From a bacterium (GTDB lineage Bacteria > Patescibacteriota > Patescibacteriia > JBDRHN01), in the NCBI GenBank assembly GCA_043816765.1, contig JBDRHN010000023.1, positions 17,353-81,352 of the forward strand: a stretch of DNA of 64,000 bases. The letters run 5' to 3'. The translations under genes and the position numbers were made by a program. The notes under the pieces are model-generated. The model was not told where the DNA came from and did no database searches. It saw nothing but the letters and a program-made list of their open reading frames with translations. Below, in pieces: positions 10,819 through 22,752 of this stretch (position 1 is its first letter; every line of letters begins with the position of its first letter).

Positions 10819-12036
10819 TCAATACTGCTCCTCCCAATACTCCACCGTAATCACGGGCGAAAAATCGCTGCCGCCCAAAGTGTCAATAATAACAGAATCA
10901 TCATAACTTATATCCACGCCATTATATAATAACGCGAAATCAACACTTCTCGCTATTATGCCGCCATTTAAAGTAAAGTCGCTTGATAAATTTGTCAAAG
11001 ACAATTCATTTCCTGCATATATCACGCCATTTACAGAAATATCATTAACGCATCGCAAAAACTCTATATTGCTTTTTGAAAACATCCCCGCTGGATATTC
11101 ATCAATATGGTTGATATTTAAAGTGGCGCTATAATCAGGGCAAACTTGCCACCATTTCTTATCGCGCCCAACAGTTATTTTTCCGCTTGTCGCCAAAACC
11201 CCGTTTACTGTTAAATCATGATTGTCTTCTATAATAATATTGCCAGAGACATAAACTGCCCCATCAAACGTGACAGGACCCGAATCCAATAAAACGTTAA
11301 ATTCCGCTTTTGAATAATACTGTCCGAGCAATTGCGCTTGCGACTTGAATGAATCCGGATCAAAAGAATCAAAATCAACAGCCGGTATATCTAAATATTC
11401 AGGAGCGGGAGGATTCACATTTGCAGAATGCATTTCAGCGGCATTTATAGTTGAAAAACCCAAAATAAAAATATCATCCGCGGCTTGCGCCTTGTCCTGC
11501 GCGTCAACAACACTGGCAAGGGTTGCCACTATATCATCATTCGCAAAAATGCTTCCATTGTCAATATCAATATCCGCCGCCGCAACATCAATATCTTGAT
11601 CTGCCAAAATCGCGTTATTATCAATCGCGCTCTCCCCCAACGCTTTAAAAATTTTCGTTTTTATCACTCGCTTGGATTGCTTGTTTCCAAAAGACATCGC
11701 GCTTGCCGCGGTAACATCCGCTTTCGCAAGATCATAATTTTGTATTAAAATATCAAAACTTCCATTGGCGAACAATTCAGAACCACCGCTATAGCTTTGC
11801 GTCCAATTTGAATCTGTTTCAAAATTATTTTCCCATGCAGGATCGTTTTTTAATTTCCAAATAACATATTCAATCCCGGATTCCGCCATATAATACGTCT
11901 GCTGAGATATGGAATAACTGTCTGAAATCCGTTTTTCGCTTAACGTCGAAGTTAAAAAAAAACAACCCATTGTTATCAACAAAGAAGTAAAAAGAATAGC
12001 CGGGATAAGAGCGAAACCGCTGGAATATTTATTCAT
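10819..12036 (-). CDS. PilX-like minor pilin/pilus assembly protein
   Basis: SG|FALIPAILF prepilin-like N-terminus, YYMAESGIE motif, beta-rich C-terminal part ending WEEQY. Confidence 0.75.
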   Translation of the reverse strand: MNKYSSGFALIPAILFTSLLITMGCFFLTSTLSEKRISDSYSISQQTYYMAESGIEYVIWKLKNDPAWENNFETDSNWTQSYSGGSELFANGSFDILIQNYDLAKADVTAASAMSFGNKQSKRVIKTKIFKALGESAIDNNAILADQDIDVAAADIDIDNGSIFANDDIVATLASVVDAQDKAQAADDIFILGFSTINAAEMHSANVNPPAPEYLDIPAVDFDSFDPDSFKSQAQLLGQYYSKAEFNVLLDSGPVTFDGAVYVSGNIIIEDNHDLTVNGVLATSGKITVGRDKKWWQVCPDYSATLNINHIDEYPAGMFSKSNIEFLRCVNDISVNGVIYAGNELSLTNLSSDFTLNGGIIARSVDFALLYNGVDISYDDSVIIDTLGGSDFSPVITVEYWEEQY

Positions 12037-12049
12037 AAAATTTTTTGAA

Positions 12050-12607
12050 TTACAGATTACGACCAGCAACTTTTGTTGTTATATAATTATTCTCCCCGTT
12101 TTTTGAAAAATTAGCCTCAATGTTTATAAGATTTGAAGTTCCAAAAAAAGAGAGTGAATTAATATATTCGCCGATCAAATTATCGCTGTCTATAATTTCT
12201 GTCGGTTCGCCGAATTCATCGACCGCATTCCAACGCACATAATTTTCTGGATCAGAACCAAAACAATAATGAAGCTCCTGTCTCATTAAATTGGCGCCGT
12301 CTGCATAATATTTTATATACATCACATTCAAAACATTGTGTCCGTTTTGGAACATAATTTCCGAAGGCGCTCCCAAGGCAATTTCCGGCAAAATTGTCGC
12401 CACTTCAAATGTCTGCTTAAGTTCTCTGGTAATTTTATCTGTAAAAACGCGCGCGTTTTGGATAAGTTCATACCGTGTTTGACTTTTTTGAAAAGTATAC
12501 TGGCATAAGATATAAATAGTCGCAATAAGCGAAAAAACCAGCAAAGACATATTCAAAATTATAATAATTTCGCTTAAAGTAAAACCTGACTGATTATTAT
12601 GAAACAT
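12050..12607 (-). CDS. PilW/GspJ-like minor pilin
   Basis: Class III signal QSG|FTLSEIII followed by a hydrophobic helix; ITRELKQ. Confidence 0.75.
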   Translation of the reverse strand: MFHNNQSGFTLSEIIIILNMSLLVFSLIATIYILCQYTFQKSQTRYELIQNARVFTDKITRELKQTFEVATILPEIALGAPSEIMFQNGHNVLNVMYIKYYADGANLMRQELHYCFGSDPENYVRWNAVDEFGEPTEIIDSDNLIGEYINSLSFFGTSNLINIEANFSKNGENNYITTKVAGRNL

Positions 12608-12648
12608 TGATATGGGAGTTAAATATTTAGGGCTTGAGAGAAAATAAG

Positions 12649-13074
12649 TCATCTTCGGCTTATCAATCTTTTCAATAAAAAACTTTTTTCCGTTCCGTCG
12701 TTCACATTCCAAAAAACGGTTGTTTCAATTTTTTTCATTCCTGTATCCGACACTTGTTCGGCAAGGTCTCCATCAACATAGGCTGTGATTGTTTCACGAT
12801 AAAAATTATATTTGCCGCCGAACGATCCTTGTTGCACTTTATGTTTTTCCTCTATGGTTCCAACATTTATCCCGTCATATCCAAAAGCTATTAATTCTTC
12901 CATTTTGTCTTGAGCGAGTGTTGCCGCGATTGTTTTATATTCGGAAAAACTGCTGATATTCATGCCAAAAGAAAACATATTTGCAATCGTCAAAATTCCA
13001 ACAGTAAAAAAAGTTATCGCGACAAGTATTTCAATTATAGAGAAACCAAATTCTATGGTTTTTTTATTTTTCAT
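12649..13074 (-). CDS. PilV/GspI-like minor pilin
   Basis: G|FSIIEILVAI; LAQDKMEEL. Confidence 0.8.
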   Translation of the reverse strand: MKNKKTIEFGFSIIEILVAITFFTVGILTIANMFSFGMNISSFSEYKTIAATLAQDKMEELIAFGYDGINVGTIEEKHKVQQGSFGGKYNFYRETITAYVDGDLAEQVSDTGMKKIETTVFWNVNDGTEKSFLLKRLISRR

Positions 13075-13075
13075 T

Positions 13076-13522
13076 TTAGTTATAACGTATGTATCCGGCT
13101 GGTTTTATTTCTATGGAAGACATAGCATTGGTTGACGTATTCACAAAAATAATTGTTCCAGATTCAATAGCGGCGCCGAAATAATTAAATCTAGCCTCAT
13201 TGTCAGTTAAGCCGTTGATTGAATAAAAATTTATTTCTGGGGGCAAAATTTTTTCTTTTATTATAGTTTCTGTTGATTCTTCAATTATACGATATTTATT
13301 TTCCTCCATTATAAATTGCGCGTAATAAAAAGTTTGTTCTGAAATTGTCTGTTGTTGGGCATTTCGCAAATCAGTTGTTATTTCTTTGACAACATTTGCC
13401 AAAACAATGTTTGATATTGATATTCTTATATAAGGCATAGTTATTGACGCGATCAACCCCAAAATTCCAATTGAAACCAAAAGTTCTATAAGAAGGCTGC
13501 CTTTTTGAAAATTTTTATACAT
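13076..13522 (-). CDS. FimT/GspH-like minor pilin
   Basis: KG|SLLIELLVSIGIL; DLRNAQ; FNYFG. Confidence 0.8.
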   Translation of the reverse strand: MYKNFQKGSLLIELLVSIGILGLIASITMPYIRISISNIVLANVVKEITTDLRNAQQQTISEQTFYYAQFIMEENKYRIIEESTETIIKEKILPPEINFYSINGLTDNEARFNYFGAAIESGTIIFVNTSTNAMSSIEIKPAGYIRYN

Positions 13523-13784
13523 ATACTCTGAAAAAAATTTTATTTTCTGATAATTTTAAATATTTTTTTAATAAAACTCATATAATTTATATTAGACTTG
13601 CCACGTAATTGGTTGCGCGACAAATCTATTATACCAAATTTTTGTTTAATCCGCAATCTTAAAAAATTTGCAAATTATTTTATTTATTGTAAAATATAAA
13701 AATATAATCTTTTAATTCTTATCATCTAGGTTCATAAAGACTTTATGCCTTTAAAATCTTTATGAACTTTTGACTAATTGTTCT

Positions 13785-14840
13785 ATGATCAACCACTTCA
13801 AACTTTACACAGTAGAAAGCGTCACCTCTGGACACCCTGACAAAATTTGCGATCAAATATCAGACGCCATCTTAGACGAATGCTTAACCCAAGACCCAAA
13901 AAGCCGAGTCGCGGCAGAATGCCTTGGGAGCCATGGTCTTTTGGTTATTGGCGGTGAAATAACCTCAATAGCAAAAGTTGACTTTGAACAAGTGGCAAAA
14001 AAAATATATGCAGACATCGGATATGATGATGATTTAAAAATAATTACACACATAACTCAACAATCCCCCGATATTGCGCAAGGCGTCAATACTGGCGGCG
14101 CCGGAGATCAAGGAATTATGTATGGTTATGCTACCGACGAAACTCCAGAATTTCTACAAAAAGGGGTTGTCCTTGTGCACAAATTAACAAAAGGACTGGA
14201 AGATCTACGAAAAAGCAAAGAGCTCCAATGGCTGCGACCCGATGGAAAAGCGCAAATTACGATAAACGAAAAAACTATTAATACCATTCTAGTCAGCACG
14301 CAACACGACGAAAAAGTTTCACAAACGGAAATACGCGAAGCTTTAATTGAAAAACTCATCGCTCCCCTTATTGATGATATGGCGGGAGTAAAAATTTTAA
14401 CAAACCCGACAGGAAAATTTGTCCAAGGGGGATTTGAGGCCGACGCAGGACTCACTGGGCGAAAAATTATGGTTGATACATACGGCGGGCTTATTCCTCA
14501 CGGCGGAGGATGCTTCTCTGGAAAAGACGCGACCAAGGTTGATCGTTCCGGCGCGTATATGGCGCGCTTTGCCGCCAAAAATATAGTAGCGGCAGGTTTT
14601 GCAAAAAAATGCTTGGTTTCTGTTGCTTACGCTATCGGCCAAGCAGAACCTGTTATGATAGAAGCTGTCAATGAAAAAGAAGAAGATATAAGCTCAATAG
14701 TTCAAGAAAAATTTGATTTCCGCCCCCTAGCTATTATTGAACGTTTAGGTCTGCGACGTCCAATCTATAAACAGACCGCCGCTTACGGACACCTTGGAAA
14801 GGCTGGGTTGCCATGGGAAGAGATTATTAAAAATTTTTAA
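13785..14840 (+). CDS. metK: S-adenosylmethionine synthetase
   Basis: ESVTSGHPDKICDQISD, GAGDQG, GGGCFSGKDATKVDRS. Confidence 0.98.
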   Translation: MINHFKLYTVESVTSGHPDKICDQISDAILDECLTQDPKSRVAAECLGSHGLLVIGGEITSIAKVDFEQVAKKIYADIGYDDDLKIITHITQQSPDIAQGVNTGGAGDQGIMYGYATDETPEFLQKGVVLVHKLTKGLEDLRKSKELQWLRPDGKAQITINEKTINTILVSTQHDEKVSQTEIREALIEKLIAPLIDDMAGVKILTNPTGKFVQGGFEADAGLTGRKIMVDTYGGLIPHGGGCFSGKDATKVDRSGAYMARFAAKNIVAAGFAKKCLVSVAYAIGQAEPVMIEAVNEKEEDISSIVQEKFDFRPLAIIERLGLRRPIYKQTAAYGHLGKAGLPWEEIIKNF

Positions 14841-14890
14841 AATAAAAACGTAGAGACACGCCATTGGCGTGTCTCTACGTTTTTATTTTA
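14838..14890. terminator. Bidirectional hairpin terminator built from a GTAGAGAC-type REP palindrome
   Basis: AAAATAAAAACGTAGAGACACGCCA-T-TGGCGTGTCTCTACGTTTTTATTTT between convergent metK and groEL. Confidence 0.75.
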
Positions 14891-14897
14891 AATATTC

Positions 14898-16836
<1,939 letters not shown>

Positions 16837-16849
16837 TTCAATCATCGCG

Positions 16850-17140
16850 CTATTCCAATATCGCCAATATATCCCCCTCTTCCAACACAAGCACTTTTTC
16901 CCCTTCAACCTTAATCTCATCCGGAGAATATTTTTTAAATAAAACTTTATCGCCGACTTTTACAGACATCTGCGCGCGCTCCCCGTTTTCTAAAAGTTTA
17001 CCCGACCCAACAGCAATAATTTCACCCTGCTCAGGCTTTTCGCCCTCAACAGTATCAGGTAAAATAATTCCTGATTTTGTCTGTTCGGTTTTGGCGATCG
17101 GTTTGATAATCACGCGATCGCCCAGTGGTTTAATTTTCAT
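16850..17140 (-). CDS. groS: Co-chaperonin GroES
   Basis: MKIKPLGDRV, SGIILPD, VGDKVLF, DILAI. Confidence 0.99.
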   Translation of the reverse strand: MKIKPLGDRVIIKPIAKTEQTKSGIILPDTVEGEKPEQGEIIAVGSGKLLENGERAQMSVKVGDKVLFKKYSPDEIKVEGEKVLVLEEGDILAILE

Positions 17141-17272
17141 AATTTTGATTAGCTTTTGCGAATTGTTGCCGTTTTTATAAATTGAGATTACACAAAATTA
17201 TCACTTTTGTCATTCCGACCGAAACTGAAAAATTAAACAACTTTTCGCTAAAGTATAAATTATTAATTAGTT

Positions 17273-17299
17273 CTGGCACTCTAACTCAAAGAGTGCTAA
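17273..17299 (-). promoter_or_regulatory. CIRCE operator (HrcA site)
   Basis: Minus strand TTAGCACTC-N9-GAGTGCCAG upstream of groES. Confidence 0.9.
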
Positions 17300-17309
17300 T
17301 TATGAGATC

Positions 17310-17338
17310 ATTTTAGTATAACTAAAATTTATTGTCAA
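17310..17338 (-). promoter_or_regulatory. Sigma70-type promoter of groESL
   Basis: TTGACA-17 nt-TAAAAT immediately upstream of CIRCE. Confidence 0.75.
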
Positions 17339-17347
17339 GGAGCAACA

Positions 17348-17481
17348 GTAACTGCTCACTGACCCCCCCCATAAAAGTATAAGATTTCAAGAATAATTGT
17401 GTATTAAATTTCTTTTGACCACAATATATTGATTAGGTTACGGCGAATAAAAGCATAAATGGGGGGTCGGTGGGCAGTTAC
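17348..17481. mobile_element. 134-bp MITE with terminal inverted repeats and 8-bp target duplication
   Basis: Left GTAACTGCTCACTGACCCCCC, right reverse complement GTAACTGCCCACCGACCCCCC; GAGCAACA at 17340-17347 and 17482-17489. Confidence 0.85.
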
Positions 17482-17636
17482 GAGCAACACTTTCTAATTG
17501 CGCCTTGCAAAACCCATCCATTTCAATTATAATAATTTTAAATTAAACTTTTAAACGACTAGAGCTTTCGCGTTTGCAGAACTCAGTGTCATTCCTATTG
17601 GAATGCCAAAACGCGAAAATCCTACAAACAACTACA

Positions 17637-19616
17637 ATGAAAAATCTACTCAAAAATATCCTTATAATCGTTCTTGTTTTCTTGATAATCGCAAGCGTTT
17701 TTAGCTTGTATAACGACAAAGAAACCGAACGGACAGAAGTTGGAATCGCGACAATCGCTGAAAAAGTTGAAAATGAAGAGGTGAAAAAAATCGCTGTTGT
17801 TGGCAACAAAATTGAAGTTGACTTAAAAAACGGTGAAGAATTAGTCAGTCAAAAAGAACCAAACGAATCATTCAGCCAAGCTATGGCAAATTATGGAGTT
17901 GACACTCAAAAATCAAGACAAATTCCTACCGACATCAAAGAAGAGACAGGAGCCGCTTTTTGGCTCGGCACAATGCTCCCTGTATTTCTGCCAATAATTT
18001 TTATATTCCTGCTGTTTTGGTTCGTTATGCGCGGAGTCCAAGGGGCGAATAACAGAGCCATTTCTTTTGGACACACGACAGCAAAAGAAAACAAGACGGA
18101 AAAAGATAAAAAACCTGAAGTAACTTTTAAAGATGTGGCAGGTGTAAAAGAGGCAAAAGCAGAACTTGAAGAGGTTGTTGAATTTTTAAAAACTCCTAAA
18201 AAGTTTTCTGACATGGGCGCTAAAATACCAAAAGGGGTTCTTTTGGTCGGCCCTCCCGGAACAGGTAAAACATTGCTTGCAAAAGCGGTTTCAGGAGAAG
18301 CGCAAGTTCCATTTTTTCATATATCGGGTTCGGAATTTGTGGAAATGTTTGTAGGTGTCGGGGCATCGCGCGCTCGCGACTTGTTTAAAAAAGCGAAAAA
18401 GAACGCGCCTTGTATTGTTTTCATTGACGAAATGGACGCCGTCGGACGACGGCGAGGAGCCGGACTTGGCGGCGGTCACGATGAGCGAGAGCAGACTCTT
18501 AACCAAATCTTGGTTGAAATGGACGGCTTTGAATTAAATTCCGGCGTCATAGTTTTGGCCGCGACCAACAGACCGGATGTTTTAGACCCGGCGCTTTTGC
18601 GTCCGGGAAGATTTGACCGCCAAGTAGTTCTTGACAATCCCGATATTAATGACAGAGAAAAAATTCTAGAAATTCACGCCAGAAAAAAACCTTTAGGCAA
18701 AGATGTTTCATTGCGTCAAATAGCCGAACGAACGCCCGGATTTTCCGGAGCTGACTTGGCTAACTTGCTAAACGAATCAGCAATACTGGCAACCAGAAGA
18801 AATAAAAAAGAGGTTGCCCAAGATGAGATTCTAGAAAGTATAGACAAAGTTCTGCTTGGACCACAAAGAAAAAGCCATATTCTTTCTGATAAAGAGAAAA
18901 AAATCACAGCCTGCCATGAAGCAGGTCATGCTCTTGTTTCTCACATATTGCCAAACGCCGACCCTGTGCATAAAGTTTCTATCATCTCGCGCGGACAAGC
19001 GGCTGGTTTTACAATGAATCTTCCGACAACAGATAAATATATGCACACAAAAACGGAATTCATAGATAATTTGGCTGTTCTTTTGGCTGGACACACAGCA
19101 GAACAAGAAACTTTTAACGATGTTACAACGGGCGCGTCAAACGATTTGAAAAGAGCGACGCAATTGGCAAGAAACTTGATTACGCAATGGGGAATGAGCG
19201 AAAAACTTGCGCCGCGAACTTATGGCGAGCAGGGTGATATGGTGTTTTTAGGAAAATCAATTCATGAACAGCGCGATTACAGTGAAAAAATCGCTGAAGA
19301 AATTGACACCGAAATCGCTGAGTTAATTATGCAAGCTGTAAATACCGCTAAAAAAATTATTCATGAAAATAAAGATACCCTTAAAAAAATAGCCGAGGAA
19401 CTTTTAAAGCACGAAACTTTGGAAAAAGAACACTTTGAAGCGATTTTTGATCCTGAAAAATTAAAGGCGTTTGAAGAGAAGCTGAAAAAAGCTGAAGAAG
19501 AAAAAAAGAAACAGGCGGAACTGGAAGCGAAAATTGCTTTGGAAAAAGAGGCGAAAGAAAAATTGGATGCGGCGAAGGATGGGGCGAAGGTTAAGAAAGG
19601 GAAAGAGGACATATGA
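17637..19616 (+). CDS. ftsH: ATP-dependent zinc metalloprotease FtsH
   Basis: Two TM segments, [23 protein letters not shown]; start at MKNLLK. Confidence 0.98.
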   Translation: MKNLLKNILIIVLVFLIIASVFSLYNDKETERTEVGIATIAEKVENEEVKKIAVVGNKIEVDLKNGEELVSQKEPNESFSQAMANYGVDTQKSRQIPTDIKEETGAAFWLGTMLPVFLPIIFIFLLFWFVMRGVQGANNRAISFGHTTAKENKTEKDKKPEVTFKDVAGVKEAKAELEEVVEFLKTPKKFSDMGAKIPKGVLLVGPPGTGKTLLAKAVSGEAQVPFFHISGSEFVEMFVGVGASRARDLFKKAKKNAPCIVFIDEMDAVGRRRGAGLGGGHDEREQTLNQILVEMDGFELNSGVIVLAATNRPDVLDPALLRPGRFDRQVVLDNPDINDREKILEIHARKKPLGKDVSLRQIAERTPGFSGADLANLLNESAILATRRNKKEVAQDEILESIDKVLLGPQRKSHILSDKEKKITACHEAGHALVSHILPNADPVHKVSIISRGQAAGFTMNLPTTDKYMHTKTEFIDNLAVLLAGHTAEQETFNDVTTGASNDLKRATQLARNLITQWGMSEKLAPRTYGEQGDMVFLGKSIHEQRDYSEKIAEEIDTEIAELIMQAVNTAKKIIHENKDTLKKIAEELLKHETLEKEHFEAIFDPEKLKAFEEKLKKAEEEKKKQAELEAKIALEKEAKEKLDAAKDGAKVKKGKEDI

Positions 19617-19649
19617 AAACCACATAAACGCGCCAACAACACCCCCAAT

Positions 19650-19686
19650 AAAAAACTTAGCTCAAATTTAAAAGCTAAGTTTTTTT
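19650..19686. terminator. Putative intrinsic terminator after ftsH
   Basis: AAAAAACTTAGCT...AGCTAAGTTTTTT. Confidence 0.6.
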
Positions 19687-19712
19687 ATTTTTATCTTTTT
19701 GTTGTTTTTACC

Positions 19713-20138
19713 TTAAACCGCGCCAGCCAATCTTTCTAGTCTTATAACTCTTTTTTCTATCCTCTCAACTTCTTCAACATCTACCTTGCGGCGAAGCATA
19801 CTTTTAACCTCAGTTAAATCATCTTTAATTACTTCTTGTCCTTTTTCAAGATTAGCTTGTCCTTTTCCGAGATTAATTATTTTATCTTTAATTGTTTCTT
19901 GTCCGCTTTCAAGATTAATTATTTTATCTTTAATCACCGCTTGCCCATCTTCAAGATTCGCCTGCCCCTTTTTAAGACCAACTATTTCTATTTTTATTGT
20001 ATCTATGATTTCACTCTGTTTTTTTTGTTCAATAGCGACAACTTCAGTAAAATCACGGTTCATTTTAATACCCTCGCAAACTATATCTAACTTACTTCGA
20101 AAATCTTCAATTAAAGCTCCTATTTTATAATCCTCCAT
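19713..20138 (-). CDS. Coiled-coil protein with 7/14-aa tandem repeats
   Basis: LEDGQAVIKDKIIN/LESGQETIKDKIIN/LGKGQAN/LEKGQ repeats, also visible as 42-bp DNA repeats. Confidence 0.7.
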   Translation of the reverse strand: MEDYKIGALIEDFRSKLDIVCEGIKMNRDFTEVVAIEQKKQSEIIDTIKIEIVGLKKGQANLEDGQAVIKDKIINLESGQETIKDKIINLGKGQANLEKGQEVIKDDLTEVKSMLRRKVDVEEVERIEKRVIRLERLAGAV

Positions 20139-20192
20139 AAAATTTTTATTAAGTTAATTATGTTTTTATTGTATTATAACAATCTAATGATG

Positions 20193-20339
20193 TCAATTTT
20201 TTTCATCCTCCTTGCCGTCAATAATATTATCTAAAAATTTAATCGCGTCGTCTGCATTATCAAAAGAGTAATAATCGCCATTTTTTCTTTCTTCTTCTGA
20301 TTCTTTTAAAATTTTAATCAAATAATCTGTTGGTTCCAT
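20193..20339 (-). pseudogene. 48-aa ORF resembling the C-terminal half of a RelB/DinJ-type antitoxin (orphan)
   Basis: MEPTDYLIKILKESEEERKNGDYYSFDNADDAIKFLDNIIDGKEDEKN, read by hand; no toxin next to it. Confidence 0.45.
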
Positions 20340-20377
20340 ATAACAATTTTTAAATTAAGTAAAATAGATTATTTCAC

Positions 20378-21511
20378 TCAAGTCAAAATCTCCCCCAACC
20401 TCCCGCTTTCAATCCCCTCTTTTATTTCCATTCCAATCCTCTGGCCATAACTGATTGAACTTCCATGCAAATAAGAAGTATATGGGGTGAAAATTGTTCC
20501 GGGAGAACCGGGGATTCGCATGCTAATGTCAAATATTACAATCTCTTCTTTTCCGTCTTGCGCCGCCACGGCACCCTGCAAAGCAAACGGACCAATAATT
20601 CCCGGCGCGCATTCTTGTTTTGAAACTTTAATAAACTTTTCTCCCAGTTCATACATCTTTTCAATAATAGACTCTTTAGTCGTGCACGCTATGTGTCCGG
20701 TTTCGATAAGTGTCGGTTTTACTTTCCCAGAATTTAAAAGTTCAGCCTGAATATCTGCTGGCAAGCGAAGCAAACCGTCAAGATTTGTCTGTCTACGAGT
20801 ATCTGTTCCCATTAATTCAAGCTCATCATTTAAGTTTGAATAGAAGAAGTTTAAATTCAACTGCGCGCCAATGATGTATTCTTCAATAACAGCTTTTAAT
20901 AAACTTTCATCATTAATTTTTCCTGATCTAATCAAATCCCCAGATACTGTTCTATAAGAATCAAAATCAGTGGCAAAGAAAAAAGAACGTTCATAACTTC
21001 GCTCTAATTCATTAACTTTTACAATCACCAGACGATCAATTTTTTTGGGATCATTAAAAATCTTAGGCATCCTGATCTTTGCTTTCTGCATTAAATAATA
21101 TTGATTCTTAGGAACATCACGCTCTTCAAGTTTCAACATTGAACGAGTTCCGTAAATCGGAACTAAAAAATCATTTTCAATTTTTTTAAAATCAAAATAA
21201 ACCCAAAAATAACGGTTGTGAATAAAAATTGTGTTCTTTTTAATTAGTTTATTTTGAACCTCTTTTTTTGTAATATCGCTGAATTTATCCAAAATTATAG
21301 TCTCATCAACGCAACCTTTCCCGTTTCGAGTTTTGTAATATTTATCATAAGTTTTCTCTCTCCCCTTTTGACAAACAACCAAAGTTTTAAACCCCAATTT
21401 TTTCGCCCCATTACAAACATCCAAAGCCGAGTGCCCACCCAAAACGCCAATGGTTATATTGTTGGCATCGTAATTTTTGATAATGTCTTTGATTTTATTT
21501 TGTGTTATCAT
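20378..21511 (-). CDS. purP: PurP-family ATP-grasp protein (AICAR formate ligase-like)
   Basis: IGVLGGHSALD, ERSFF, GTDTRRQTNLDG, GPFALQ, RIPGSPG; start at MITQNK. Confidence 0.85.
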   Translation of the reverse strand: MITQNKIKDIIKNYDANNITIGVLGGHSALDVCNGAKKLGFKTLVVCQKGREKTYDKYYKTRNGKGCVDETIILDKFSDITKKEVQNKLIKKNTIFIHNRYFWVYFDFKKIENDFLVPIYGTRSMLKLEERDVPKNQYYLMQKAKIRMPKIFNDPKKIDRLVIVKVNELERSYERSFFFATDFDSYRTVSGDLIRSGKINDESLLKAVIEEYIIGAQLNLNFFYSNLNDELELMGTDTRRQTNLDGLLRLPADIQAELLNSGKVKPTLIETGHIACTTKESIIEKMYELGEKFIKVSKQECAPGIIGPFALQGAVAAQDGKEEIVIFDISMRIPGSPGTIFTPYTSYLHGSSISYGQRIGMEIKEGIESGRLGEILT

Positions 21512-21524
21512 AAAGTTAGTGTTT

Positions 21525-21584
21525 TGTAGAGACGAGGCACTGCCTCGTCTCCAGCCCAAGACGCGGCAGTGCCTCGTCTCTACA
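21525..21584. repeat. Tandem pair of GTAGAGACGAGGCA-type REP palindromes
   Basis: TGTAGAGACGAGGCACTGCCTCGTCTC...AGACGCGGCAGTGCCTCGTCTCTACA between the two purP genes. Confidence 0.85.
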
Positions 21585-21586
21585 AA

Positions 21587-22603
21587 TCATCCTAAAACCT
21601 TCTCCAACTTATCCTGCTCAATCGCCATCTTAATATCTCTCGCTATACGTCGACCAGTACTCATCGGTTCATCATAACGAAGCCAAGTATAAGGAGAACC
21701 ATTTACAAAAGGATTCGTGCCAGCCACAATACGAGCTGAAATTTCAAAAATATAAAAATCTAAATTTGGATCAATTACTCCTTCCAAACAAAAAGGACCG
21801 AACAGTTCGCGACCAGTCAATTTTTTCGCAACTTTCACAACCGCTTCGCCCATTTCAAAAATTTTAGGTAAAAGAGACTCGCGCACAACAAGCGGAATGT
21901 TTCCCGTCACAGTATAGCTTGTGCGAATATCAGCGGTAAGTTGATCGCGAGCGGCGATACGTCCGATTGAATCAGCGTTTGACTCATAACGACTATCAAA
22001 ACCCATTACTTCCAATTCTTTGGTTAATGGGGAATAAAAGTAATGGACATAAATAGGAACTCCGACAATATATTCCTGCGTAGTTTGCCGCCGCCCTTTC
22101 GCGTATTGAGCAACCCCTTCGTTGAATTCGTCTTGATTGTTGGCGATAAAATATCCCTTTCCGCCCGATGCGCCGTCATATTTTACAATAACAGCGCGAT
22201 CAATATCTTTTGGATCTTTATAAATCTTGGGTAATTTTAATCCCGCCTTTTCAAGCCACTGCCGTTCTTTTGTTCTGTCTGACTCCCATTCTAAAATCTC
22301 TTTGTTGCCGTAATACATTGCTTTAACTTTCTTAACATTTTGAAATCCCAAGTATGCGACAAAAGAACCATGCGGAATAATAATAGAATTTGATTTGATA
22401 ATCTGTTTTTCAATATTAAAATAATCTTTAAAAGAGTCAACTTCTATAAATTCATCGGCAACCTTATAACTTTGATAAGGCTTCATCTTTCCTTTTTCCG
22501 CTATGCAAACAGTTGAAAAACCCTCATCCTTTGCCCCCTTTAAAATCTGTAGAGCGCTATGGCTGCCCAAAGTAGCAATTTTATAATTAGAGATCTTGCC
22601 CAT
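21587..22603 (-). CDS. purP: PurP (FAICAR synthetase)
   Basis: IATLGSHSALQILKGAKDEGF, IPHGSF, GGKGYF, FEISARIVAGTN, MSTGRRIAR. Confidence 0.9.
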   Translation of the reverse strand: MGKISNYKIATLGSHSALQILKGAKDEGFSTVCIAEKGKMKPYQSYKVADEFIEVDSFKDYFNIEKQIIKSNSIIIPHGSFVAYLGFQNVKKVKAMYYGNKEILEWESDRTKERQWLEKAGLKLPKIYKDPKDIDRAVIVKYDGASGGKGYFIANNQDEFNEGVAQYAKGRRQTTQEYIVGVPIYVHYFYSPLTKELEVMGFDSRYESNADSIGRIAARDQLTADIRTSYTVTGNIPLVVRESLLPKIFEMGEAVVKVAKKLTGRELFGPFCLEGVIDPNLDFYIFEISARIVAGTNPFVNGSPYTWLRYDEPMSTGRRIARDIKMAIEQDKLEKVLG

Positions 22604-22752
22604 ATTGACTTTGTTAATATTTTCAATATTATATATTTTTTTATAAAAAATGGCAAATCGTTTTTAAAAAAGTTGAACTTTTAAGAGCAAATGCTATACT
22701 AAAAGAGTCAAAAGTTAGCGACCTTAAGGACTTTATAGGCTTTTGACTTTTT

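Noticed and set aside
10819-10836. PilX-like C-terminus WEEQY resembling the tubulin EEY tail as a MATCAP substrate
   Set aside because: W-x-E endings are typical of PilX proteins, and the protein is exported and unlinked to the locus; likely coincidence
13715-13770. SAM-I riboswitch call
   Set aside because: Only the CTTATC start matches; the P2/P3 core motifs are absent
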